In this document: positions 24,510-32,100 of the stretch, one piece after another
How positions within the stretch are numbered: the first letter of the stretch is position 1
How the letters are laid out: every line of letters starts with the position of its first letter
Virus record (IMG/VR): IMGVR_UViG_3300011583_000001
Span: 1 to 35,182 of that record
From: a virus
DNA: 35,182 nt
Reading direction: 5' to 3' (one strand)
The notes under the pieces: model-generated
The model's input: only the letters and a program-made list of their open reading frames with translations
Databases searched by the model: none
Told to the model about the DNA's origin: nothing
Position numbers and translations under genes: made by a program

Positions 24510-25376
24510 ATGTCAAAAATTATAACCATTAATGATATCAATACTACTAAATTCTATCAAGTACCAAAATCATTTTTTCATAATCCGTTATATATTGATA
24601 TGAAGAACGAAAGTAAAATAGCATATTCTATATTAAGAGATCTATTAGAACTTTCTTTGAAAAATAATTGGGTTAATGATAATGGAGAAGTGTATGTAAA
24701 GTTAAGTAGGTATAAAATGATGAAATACCTTAATATAAAAGGTACTGCAAAATATGCTGAAGTTATGAAAGAACTTAATGAAAAAGGTTTGATAGTTAAA
24801 AAGAGAATAGGACTTAATAAGGTAGATGAAACTTATATATGTATTCCTGAAGAAATGTCTGTTATATATAATGATGAAGAATTATTAGTTGCCGATAACA
24901 AGGAAATGGATACTTCAGATGAAGATAATTCAAGGAGGTTTGAAAATAAAACCTCCGAAGGTTTGAAAATAAAACCTCCAAAGGTTTCAAAATCAAACCT
25001 TAAAAGGTTTCAAAAACAAACACATACTAAGACTAATATTACTAAGACTAATATTACTAAGACTAACAATACTACCCAGCAAGAACTTGCTTGTAGTGAA
25101 ATAGATACTTCTAATAAAGATTTAATAGAAAAAGAAACTCATTTAACACTAAGTCCTAATCAAATTAAGAAAGTAAGTAAGTGGGATATTAAAAAAACAG
25201 ATATATCTATAAAACTCTTTAAAAGAGAAAATGGCGAGTATTTTACTTTATTGGAGAAAATATATAGTGATAGTAGAAACTTTGCTCCTAATATGGCTAA
25301 AAAGGGAAAATTCCATAGTTATGAACAAAGAACCTATGATTTTGAGGAATTGGAATCAAAACTTTTGAAATATTAA
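24510..25376 (+). CDS. RepA_N-family plasmid replication initiator
   Basis: FYQVPKSFFHNPLYIDMKNESKIAYSILRDLLELSLKNNWVNDNGEVYVKLS is a typical RepA_N N-terminus. AAGGAGG ribosome-binding site. Confidence 0.8.
   Translation: MSKIITINDINTTKFYQVPKSFFHNPLYIDMKNESKIAYSILRDLLELSLKNNWVNDNGEVYVKLSRYKMMKYLNIKGTAKYAEVMKELNEKGLIVKKRIGLNKVDETYICIPEEMSVIYNDEELLVADNKEMDTSDEDNSRRFENKTSEGLKIKPPKVSKSNLKRFQKQTHTKTNITKTNITKTNNTTQQELACSEIDTSNKDLIEKETHLTLSPNQIKKVSKWDIKKTDISIKLFKRENGEYFTLLEKIYSDSRNFAPNMAKKGKFHSYEQRTYDFEELESKLLKY
24937..25028. repeat. Four tandem 23-bp iteron-like repeats (GGTTTGAAAATAAAACCTCCRAA, degenerating)
   Basis: Units at 24937, 24960, 24983 and 25006. Each contains GGTTT...AAACC. Confidence 0.8.
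25026..25070. repeat. Three tandem 15-bp repeats ACTAAGACTAATATT (encoding TKTNI repeats)
   Basis: 25026-40 and 25041-55 are identical. 25056-70 has 2 changes. Confidence 0.85.
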
Positions 25377-25385
25377 TACTTATTA

Positions 25386-25426
25386 GGGTACGCTATAACT
25401 TAAAAATTTATAGTATACCCTTTTTT
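25386..25426 (+). terminator. rep terminator
   Basis: gggtacgctataa/ttatagtataccc stem (1 mismatch, 1 GU pair) followed by tttttt. Confidence 0.6.
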
Positions 25427-25486
25427 AAGTTAATATTCTCAATTATGACAATTATAATTAAGAAAATATATACTAAAAAGAACAAA

Positions 25487-25510
25487 TAAAAAAGAGCAGC
25501 CTTGCTGCCC
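25487..25510 (-). terminator. Short GC hairpin plus T-run ending the accessory operon
   Basis: gcagc/gctgc stem followed on the minus strand by TCTTTTTT. Confidence 0.35.
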
Positions 25511-25684
25511 TTATAATATCATTCTAACTTTACCATCTTCATATTTGAACACTGCTCTTTCTCCATTGTTATCTTGAATACCTATAGAGGATCTATCTAA
25601 TAATGTTAGTTCCAATGAATTTATATTGAAGTTCTTATTGATGTATTCTAATACTTTATATTGTTCTACTGTTTCAACTTTCAT
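25511..25684 (-). CDS. Hypothetical 57-aa protein (below the track cut-off)
   Basis: MKVETVEQYKVLEYINKNFNINSLELTLLDRSSIGIQDNNGERAVFKYEDGKVRMIL. AGGAG lies upstream. Confidence 0.45.
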   Translation of the reverse strand: MKVETVEQYKVLEYINKNFNINSLELTLLDRSSIGIQDNNGERAVFKYEDGKVRMIL

Positions 25685-25726
25685 AATTAATTATTCTCCT
25701 TTCTATTTATTTATATTACGAACTAA

Positions 25727-25951
25727 TTACTTAAACCTTCTATATTTATCAAGAACAACAGAAAAATCAGATTCTTTTTTTATTCTACCTATAGGAAATA
25801 CTCTACCACAACCCATCTTTGGGCAACATAAAGAAATTTGATAATCAAATCTAGAACCTTCTCCTTCTCTAGAATCCCAATCACAACCATCAAAAGGAAC
25901 TTCTAATTCTAATTCAGAACCACATACAGGACATTTTAAATTATCATTCAT
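25727..25951 (-). CDS. Hypothetical zinc-ribbon protein
   Basis: CPVC...CCPKMGC. The ATG lies 8 nt after AGGAG. Confidence 0.55.
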   Translation of the reverse strand: MNDNLKCPVCGSELELEVPFDGCDWDSREGEGSRFDYQISLCCPKMGCGRVFPIGRIKKESDFSVVLDKYRRFK

Positions 25952-26013
25952 TCGATACACTCCTTCTTATTCATTTCACATTTCCTACAAACTCTTCTTG
26001 TAATACGACTTTA

Positions 26014-26334
26014 TCACTGAATTTTAACATCAATTATTTTTATTAGGTCTTCATCTATAACTTCAAATTTGAAGTCATAATAAACATCTTCCCAACCTTT
26101 ATCTTCATCACCTATCTCAATACAGTGAGAATATTCTTTAATAGATTCATCAGATAAGTACCATTCTTCATCTTCATTTGTAAGCTCTACATTGGTTTTA
26201 AAGTAACCATTAAGCTCTATGGTTAAATTAGTTAAATATGTTTCTTTCCCAATATATTTTTTTCTTAAGAATTCTAAAACATCTTCTTCATCAGCAATAT
26301 TAAATTCGACAACCTTTAATTTTTCCTTATTCAT
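26014..26334 (-). CDS. Hypothetical strongly acidic protein
   Basis: 106 aa, rich in D/E. AAAGGGG ribosome-binding site. Confidence 0.55.
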   Translation of the reverse strand: MNKEKLKVVEFNIADEEDVLEFLRKKYIGKETYLTNLTIELNGYFKTNVELTNEDEEWYLSDESIKEYSHCIEIGDEDKGWEDVYYDFKFEVIDEDLIKIIDVKIQ

Positions 26335-26353
26335 AAACTCGCCCCTTTAATAT

Positions 26354-26569
26354 TTATTTTATATTTGCTTCTTTTAGATCTTCCTCGTAACATTCATCCC
26401 ATTCATTGTTGGGAGTATCATTAAGAATATTTTCTAATGCTTCTATTTGCTCATTTATAGCTTTTTCTCTCCAATCATATTTCCACTTAGTAATATGATT
26501 TAGCTTATTATATTTTTCTTGCATTTCATATAAATAATTTAATTTAGCTTTAATCCTATCTTCCATCAT
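26354..26569 (-). CDS. Hypothetical helical protein
   Basis: 71-aa ORF in the operon. Confidence 0.5.
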   Translation of the reverse strand: MMEDRIKAKLNYLYEMQEKYNKLNHITKWKYDWREKAINEQIEALENILNDTPNNEWDECYEEDLKEANIK

Positions 26570-26582
26570 AATTCCATCCTTC

Positions 26583-26795
26583 CTATTTAAATAACTTCTT
26601 TAATAAATCAAAAATACTAAAACTGGTCTTGTTATATATTTTGTTGTAGGCTGCTTTCTTAGGGTTCTTGATCCATCCCATACCTTTCTTTCCGTATCCT
26701 GGTATAATGGCCTTTTTTACTTTTCTTTTCATTTTTCCTGTTGTCCTGGCTTTAATAGATTTTTTAATTGAAGGTTTTCTCATTCCTATCTTCAT
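26583..26795 (-). CDS. Hypothetical highly basic protein
   Basis: I chose the ATG at 26795, which lies 5 nt after GAGGAGGA. Contains KARTTGKMKRKVKKAIIPGYGKKGMGWIKNPKKAAYNKIY. Confidence 0.5.
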   Translation of the reverse strand: MKIGMRKPSIKKSIKARTTGKMKRKVKKAIIPGYGKKGMGWIKNPKKAAYNKIYNKTSFSIFDLLKKLFK

Positions 26796-27396
26796 TAATA
26801 TCCTCCTCATACCTCTTGGCTAATTTATAAAAAGTAGTTCTTTTTAATTCTAATTGCTCCATGCACTCTTTAGCTGTTATGCTCCCACTCTTCCACTGTA
26901 CATAATACATTTCCCACAATGTAGGATATGTAGCCTTTGGTCTTCCTAAGTGCTTACCTTTTTCTTTAGCTAATTTAATCCCCTCAGCCTGTCGTTTCTT
27001 AATCTTAATTCTTTCTTTTTCAGCCATGTAACTTAGTAATTCAAATACTATATTACTTATTAATGATTTTTCTAGATCACCTTTGTTGGTAGTATTAAGA
27101 ATAGGAGTGTCTAAGACTACAATGTCTATATCCATTTTAATTAAAGAATTCCATTCTTCTTTAATCATATCCATATTTCTTCCTAATCTGTCTAATTCTT
27201 TTATAATAAGTGTATCTCCAGGCCTTAATAATTGTTCTTTTAAAGTTATATATCCATCCCTCTTGAAATCCTTGCCACTTTGTTTATCTTTTATAATATC
27301 TCTTCCATCAACACCATATTCTTTTAATGCTTCTATCTGTCTATCTAAATTTTGTTCTTTTGTACTCACTCTAGCGTATCCATAAATTTTATTCAA
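26764..27396 (-). CDS. Serine recombinase (resolvase/invertase family) with a C-terminal HTH
   Basis: NKIYGYARVSTKEQNLDRQ holds the catalytic Ser motif. I chose the TTG at 27396, which lies 8 nt after GAGGTGA. Confidence 0.8.
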   Translation of the reverse strand: MNKIYGYARVSTKEQNLDRQIEALKEYGVDGRDIIKDKQSGKDFKRDGYITLKEQLLRPGDTLIIKELDRLGRNMDMIKEEWNSLIKMDIDIVVLDTPILNTTNKGDLEKSLISNIVFELLSYMAEKERIKIKKRQAEGIKLAKEKGKHLGRPKATYPTLWEMYYVQWKSGSITAKECMEQLELKRTTFYKLAKRYEEDINEDRNEKTFN

Positions 27397-27516
27397 AAAC
27401 CAATTCACCTCTCTTATATTTTAATTATATCATTTATATTCATAAATGTATATAATTATTTACGAATATATTCAGCATTATTTTTGAACCTTTGCGAATA
27501 TTTTTGCATCTTAATT

Positions 27517-29904
27517 CTATCTGAAATGGAATATTTCTAAAAGTACACCTTTATGTACAAAAATAGGACCATCTCTATGTGGTCCTATTGGCTTAGGTAA
27601 TTTTGTTATAAATGTACTATACCCTTTGCTATATTGAATTATATTTAAGCTAGAGAACTCTTCCATGTCCTTTAAATCTTCATATTCATAAGTGCCATCT
27701 AATTCATCTTTGAAATACTCATAATCCTCTTTTATGGTTCCCTTCAACAGCATGAATGAAGCACCAGCACCTTTAAGACTATAAATTGTTTTCTTATCTA
27801 ATTGATCTAAATATTGCCCTGCTAAAACAAATTTCATACCAAACTTTCTAGTTTGAGTTAATATGTTCTCCATATATCTTTCTGCAGTTTTAGTCTGGCT
27901 TATTTCATCCACGATAATATGTGTTCTCTTAGATCTATCAGATAACTCTCCTCTTAGTTCACATGCCAACCAACATTTGGTTACAATAAATGTAGTTATA
28001 ACATTCTTTACATAATTCTTAAATTTACTTTGTGGCATACTTATTAAAACAACCTTACCTTCTTCCATTGCATCAACGAAGTTTATATTATTATTAGGTT
28101 TTTTATTGAACATCTTTTTTAAATAAAAATCTCTTTTCAATAATGTTATCCTATCTAATATTCCTTCAATTTTACTATCCCTGGTTCCTATCTTCTGAGC
28201 CGGGCAATCATTCCTAGGTTTACTCCATTCATCAAGTTCTTCTAATGTTAATATTTCCTCTTCAAACTCTTCTCTTAATTCATCTGGAATCTTTTCAATT
28301 ATATTTTCTCTGTATTTGTAATCTTGTAAACATCTTATTACATCTTTGAAGGTAGCATCTTCATTTAAATATACTATATCTGTACAAGCACATAGATAAC
28401 GCTCCATCTTTGGAGATAGTGGCTCACCACTTTCATTAATTGAATTAACTAGTTCTATAGTTAATTGTGTTTTCTTATTGGCTAACTGCTGCTTTTCAAA
28501 CCAACTCATTGTTGGACTAAATTTAATTTCATTGTATGCTAATGCTTGTAATCCTTCTTGGGTACTAAAATCTAATACTATTAAATCCTCCTTATTTACT
28601 ACTTTTTCTATAGCTTTACTTGCCTCATTGTTTCTAATAAAATCTAAGTGTACTAAACTCTCTTTTCTTTTCAAACAATCATTTGCATAGTTGCATATAA
28701 AGGTTGTTTTCCCTCCTCCTTGCCTTCCTAGCAACATTAAAGGTAAATTACCTATCTCTTTATGATCCTCTATATAAGCATTTATTTTAGTACCTCTATA
28801 TTTATTTATCCCTAAGTTTATATACCCTTCTCTTAGTTCATTTGGTACCTTATTCTCCTCTGTTTTAATATGATTAATTCCATGTTGGGCAAGTAATGTT
28901 CTTCCTGGTACTTGTATAAGGTTACTTGCTTCATCAGTACTTAAAACACTACTCTTTGTATTAAGATTACTATCTTCTAATTTAAAAGGCTTACATCTAT
29001 CATATTTAAGTTCGTTGTCTTCATCTAGGGTTCTAAAGGCCTGGCATACTGTAACTGCATTGTTAAATTTCCTTGTTTTATCCTTTGATTCACTAGCTAT
29101 AGCTATTTGAGTAGGTAATATAGTTAATTCCTTTTTCTTCTTTGTACTGGTACTTAATTCTCCTTGTTGCTCTAAAACTCCCATTACTGCACTATAGAGG
29201 CTTTGTTTTTCATCTAGCACCTTTCCACCTAAAAAATCATTTAATACTTCTAAGACTCCATCTATCATACTTAGTAATGTTGTTATAGTAACTTTTGCTA
29301 TATGCCCAGGGGATAACGTTGACTTATCTACACTTTTATTTTTCTTTATTTTATCCATTATTTCTTCATATCTATCTATCCAGCCTAATTGACTACAAGG
29401 CATAAAGTTATACATTAATGTTAATCTATCATCATCCTTCATTATGTCCATCACACTTAAGATGCTATTAAGTGGCTCATTGCTTTTCTTGTCTACTGCT
29501 AGGCTTAGAGCATCCTCTTTTTTATAGGATAGCTGATAAAATTCACATTCTTGGGATATTTCTTTAATTGGTTTATCTAATACATTTACAGTTGCCTTAT
29601 TCCATATTTCCTTAATTTTTTCTAATATTATATTTACGTAAGGTTTAGGTACTAAAAAATAGAAGTTAGCATTATCTTTATCAATATCTATTACATAACT
29701 TATTTTAAAATCTGTTTCAAAGAATAACTTCTTTTGCTCTTTTCTTATCCTTTTAGTTATGGATCTATAAGTATGAGCTATAGCTTTTGCTATATTACTG
29801 CTATTATAGTTTCTTATGCTCTTATGTGGAGTTACTTGAATATAAACATATTTAGGTTTTATTAATTCAAAATATTTACCTAGCTTCATACTCCTTTCTT
29901 TCAA
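27517..29904 (-). CDS. 795-aa P-loop NTPase of the FtsK/HerA-VirB4/VirD4 type
   Basis: Walker A LLGRQGGGKTTF near residue 400, Walker B THIIVDEIS near residue 690, then TQTRKFGMKFVLAGQYLDQL. TTG start 8 nt after AGGTGG, abutting the upstream stop. Confidence 0.65.
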   Translation of the reverse strand: MKERSMKLGKYFELIKPKYVYIQVTPHKSIRNYNSSNIAKAIAHTYRSITKRIRKEQKKLFFETDFKISYVIDIDKDNANFYFLVPKPYVNIILEKIKEIWNKATVNVLDKPIKEISQECEFYQLSYKKEDALSLAVDKKSNEPLNSILSVMDIMKDDDRLTLMYNFMPCSQLGWIDRYEEIMDKIKKNKSVDKSTLSPGHIAKVTITTLLSMIDGVLEVLNDFLGGKVLDEKQSLYSAVMGVLEQQGELSTSTKKKKELTILPTQIAIASESKDKTRKFNNAVTVCQAFRTLDEDNELKYDRCKPFKLEDSNLNTKSSVLSTDEASNLIQVPGRTLLAQHGINHIKTEENKVPNELREGYINLGINKYRGTKINAYIEDHKEIGNLPLMLLGRQGGGKTTFICNYANDCLKRKESLVHLDFIRNNEASKAIEKVVNKEDLIVLDFSTQEGLQALAYNEIKFSPTMSWFEKQQLANKKTQLTIELVNSINESGEPLSPKMERYLCACTDIVYLNEDATFKDVIRCLQDYKYRENIIEKIPDELREEFEEEILTLEELDEWSKPRNDCPAQKIGTRDSKIEGILDRITLLKRDFYLKKMFNKKPNNNINFVDAMEEGKVVLISMPQSKFKNYVKNVITTFIVTKCWLACELRGELSDRSKRTHIIVDEISQTKTAERYMENILTQTRKFGMKFVLAGQYLDQLDKKTIYSLKGAGASFMLLKGTIKEDYEYFKDELDGTYEYEDLKDMEEFSSLNIIQYSKGYSTFITKLPKPIGPHRDGPIFVHKGVLLEIFHFR

Positions 29905-30087
29905 TTAAATCGCCACCTTTAAGCATTGTAAAATAAAATATACTACAAAAGATACACTTACATATTTACCAGCTTTTTTCATTCCTGCTATATATAATAT
30001 CAATGCAATAATAGCTACAGATAATGTTATCCAGTATGAATTATCTATAATACCTAAAGCTAATGTTTTAAAAAATTCTCTAATCAT
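29905..30087 (-). CDS. 60-aa protein with two hydrophobic helices (VirB3-like topology)
   Basis: WITLSVAIIALILYIAG and VSVSFVVYFILQCL separated by MKKAGK. GGAGG ribosome-binding site. Confidence 0.55.
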   Translation of the reverse strand: MIREFFKTLALGIIDNSYWITLSVAIIALILYIAGMKKAGKYVSVSFVVYFILQCLKVAI

Positions 30088-30101
30088 ATTGAATACCTCC
30101 C

Positions 30102-30569
30102 CTACTTTGCAAATGTTTCTTGAACTGTATCAAAGGCCCAAGGCATTATATAAAGAGTTGCAAAAGCTAAAACATACTTTATTATTATTTTACCTATATT
30201 GCCCATATTATCTCCACCACGAGTAACTTCTTTCCCAACTTCAAGGCATCCCTTAATTAAACATACCCAATACATACCTACTCTAACTATATCCAAAAAT
30301 TTTCTTCCAAGTGCATTTATAGGTTCTGTTCCTGTTGCGTATGCTATTTGTGAATTGCCAAGTAAAACTCCTAATAATATACCTAAAATAATAGTTAAGC
30401 ATTTATAAGTATTTGGATTTAATCTTCCTATCTCAAAATCCAAGTCATTAATCATTTTAATTTCTGCTAGATTTAATTCACCATTTCTATAAGATCTATA
30501 TTGTTCAAAAGTCATTCCTACTTCAATATTAGATTTTTCTATTAAGCAATTAATTAAATTTCTTTTCAT
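30102..30569 (-). CDS. Membrane protein with a signal-anchor and two further helices (VirB2/TrbC-like topology)
   Basis: CLTIILGILLGVLLGNSQIAYATG, then VGMYWVCLIKGCL and IIIKYVLAFATLYIMPWAF. I prefer the second ATG (30569), after GGAGG. Confidence 0.5.
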   Translation of the reverse strand: MKRNLINCLIEKSNIEVGMTFEQYRSYRNGELNLAEIKMINDLDFEIGRLNPNTYKCLTIILGILLGVLLGNSQIAYATGTEPINALGRKFLDIVRVGMYWVCLIKGCLEVGKEVTRGGDNMGNIGKIIIKYVLAFATLYIMPWAFDTVQETFAK

Positions 30570-30639
30570 AATCTCCTCCATGAATAAAATTAATTTTTAA
30601 GGGTAAACTATTAATAAAATTTATCGGAGGTGTTTCTTA

Positions 30640-30702
30640 ATGAGTATTTGGGCCTTTGTTGGTATATATGCATTATTAGAAGTTGCTGTAAGATTAATGT
30701 AA
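30640..30702 (+). CDS. 20-aa hydrophobic peptide ORF (MSIWAFVGIYALLEVAVRLM)
   Basis: GGAGGTG 7 nt before the ATG. A plus-strand island with its own terminator. Confidence 0.35.
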   Translation: MSIWAFVGIYALLEVAVRLM

Positions 30703-30799
30703 ATTATTTGTTAATATATATGATTTATCTTCTAAATTAGTAATCTTTTTATATACTCGTGCATATACTTGTAGTGTACAACGTAACGTACAAGTTATT

Positions 30800-30839
30800 T
30801 AGCCTTAGTCTAGCTATCTAGATTACAGGCTATTTTTTT
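30800..30839 (+). terminator. Rho-independent terminator of the small plus-strand unit
   Basis: Long imperfect hairpin tagcct...aggcta with an inner tctag/ctaga stem, followed by ttttttt. Confidence 0.6.
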
Positions 30840-30868
30840 ATGAATTAATCCATATGTGTCCATTGTAG

Positions 30869-31045
30869 TCATTCAATATCTTCAAATTCTTCATCATCTA
30901 GTACTGAAATAGGAATTACTCCTTTTAAAATATCTTTTATAGTTGCTGCTGGATTAGAAAAAACTAATAATTTCTGATATAACTCTAAATCTTCCACACT
31001 AGTTTTTTTGAATTCTAAAACTATTCTCAGCCTTTCATTTGCCAT
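30869..31045 (-). CDS. Hypothetical 58-aa protein (possible ribbon-helix-helix) with an acidic tail
   Basis: MANERLRIVLEFKK... The ATG lies 7 nt after GGAGGG. Confidence 0.45.
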   Translation of the reverse strand: MANERLRIVLEFKKTSVEDLELYQKLLVFSNPAATIKDILKGVIPISVLDDEEFEDIE

Positions 31046-31134
31046 TCCTTTTCCCTCCATTATATCCTTTAGTATTTATAATATATATTATGCAACTATG
31101 TATATTTGTGTTACCATTGTAGACTTAAATTTTT

Positions 31135-31174
31135 ATAAAAAAATAAAGGGTAGCAAGTTTTATCTTACTACCCT
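31135..31174 (-). terminator. Terminator after the endolysin gene
   Basis: agggtagcaag/cttactaccct stem (1 mismatch) followed on the minus strand by TTATTTTTTT. Confidence 0.6.
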
Positions 31175-31182
31175 CTAAAATC

Positions 31183-32040
31183 TTATTTTAAATGTTCATA
31201 TACTGCCTGTGCAGTTTCATTTCTTCCTGGACCATAATAGTGCTTACTAGCTTTCATATCTTTTAATCCTCCGCCGATAGCATGTACTGAAGTACCTCTG
31301 ATAAATCCTTTACCATATTCCACATCATCCACACATATAGAGTCCTCCTTTTTAGCATTAAGAACTCTATTGAAGAACTCTGCTGTAACCTGATCTGCAG
31401 TGCCTTTCTTATATACTATAACATTTCTATACTTCTTAACATTAACAGTATTGTTATTAGTCTTAATAGCAATTCCAAAATGCTTTAATACGCCATGAGC
31501 TATTACTACCCCATTCCTCTTTTGCTCTGCTACTGTATCCGCTATTTGAACATCTTTTTTATTATCTAAGAAACATACCTCTACTATTATTGCATCCATA
31601 CTAGTGTATTTTATAACATAGTAGTAATCTTTATTATCGCTACCTTTCTTTTCATACACCTTTTTTTGTTGTCCTAATTTAACAGCCATTTCATCAAGGA
31701 TGGTATTTGCAAGTGCTTGACCTTTACCTCTGTAAATAGAATGTATTCCCTCTGCTCTATCTCCTCCACCGGCATTATGGTGTATAGATACAAAAACAAT
31801 CTCTGCCCCTGGATATTGTTGTGCTATTTTATTAGCAAATTGAACTCTTGCTTCAAGGCTCATAGCTACATCTGTAGTCCTAGTTATAAATACTTTAATT
31901 CCATGCCTTTCTGCTTCTGCTTTAAGTGCTAAAGCAGTATTAAGATTAGCAACTTTTTCAACTATACCATTACCTACGGCTCCTGGATCACTTCCACCAT
32001 GTCCAACATCAATAATTAATATTTTTAAATTTTTACTCAT
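31183..32040 (-). CDS. Endolysin: N-acetylmuramoyl-L-alanine amidase (Amidase_3-type) plus a C-terminal binding domain
   Basis: LIIDVGHGGSDPGAVGNG...VSIHHNAGGG...VEVCFLDN. Confidence 0.8.
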   Translation of the reverse strand: MSKNLKILIIDVGHGGSDPGAVGNGIVEKVANLNTALALKAEAERHGIKVFITRTTDVAMSLEARVQFANKIAQQYPGAEIVFVSIHHNAGGGDRAEGIHSIYRGKGQALANTILDEMAVKLGQQKKVYEKKGSDNKDYYYVIKYTSMDAIIVEVCFLDNKKDVQIADTVAEQKRNGVVIAHGVLKHFGIAIKTNNNTVNVKKYRNVIVYKKGTADQVTAEFFNRVLNAKKEDSICVDDVEYGKGFIRGTSVHAIGGGLKDMKASKHYYGPGRNETAQAVYEHLK

Positions 32041-32100
32041 AACCTATTCCTCCTTAAATTTAGATAAAATAAAAGAGTAGGATCACTCCCACTCTGTAAA

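Noticed and set aside
24937-25070. Tandem 23-bp and 15-bp repeats as a possible CRISPR array.
   Set aside because: The repeats are contiguous with no spacers, lie inside the rep ORF and keep its reading frame. No cas genes are present. Iterons are the better explanation.
26764-27396. Serine recombinase as a Gin/Cin-type invertase switching tail-fibre C-termini.
   Set aside because: It lies more than 6 kb from the fibre gene. I saw no alternative fibre C-terminal cassette in inverted orientation and no inverted repeats flanking the fibre 3' end.
29889-29891. Internal ATG (MKLGKYF...) as the start of the 795-aa ATPase.
   Set aside because: The AGGAG upstream of it is only 1 nt away. The TTG at 29904 has AGGTGG at 8 nt and abuts the upstream stop, which is consistent with translational coupling.
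32075-32097. Imperfect hairpin plus T-run between the holin and endolysin genes as a full terminator.
   Set aside because: The stem is weak (8 bp with a mismatch), and the two lysis genes are expected to be co-transcribed. At most it is a partial attenuator, so I did not list it as a feature.
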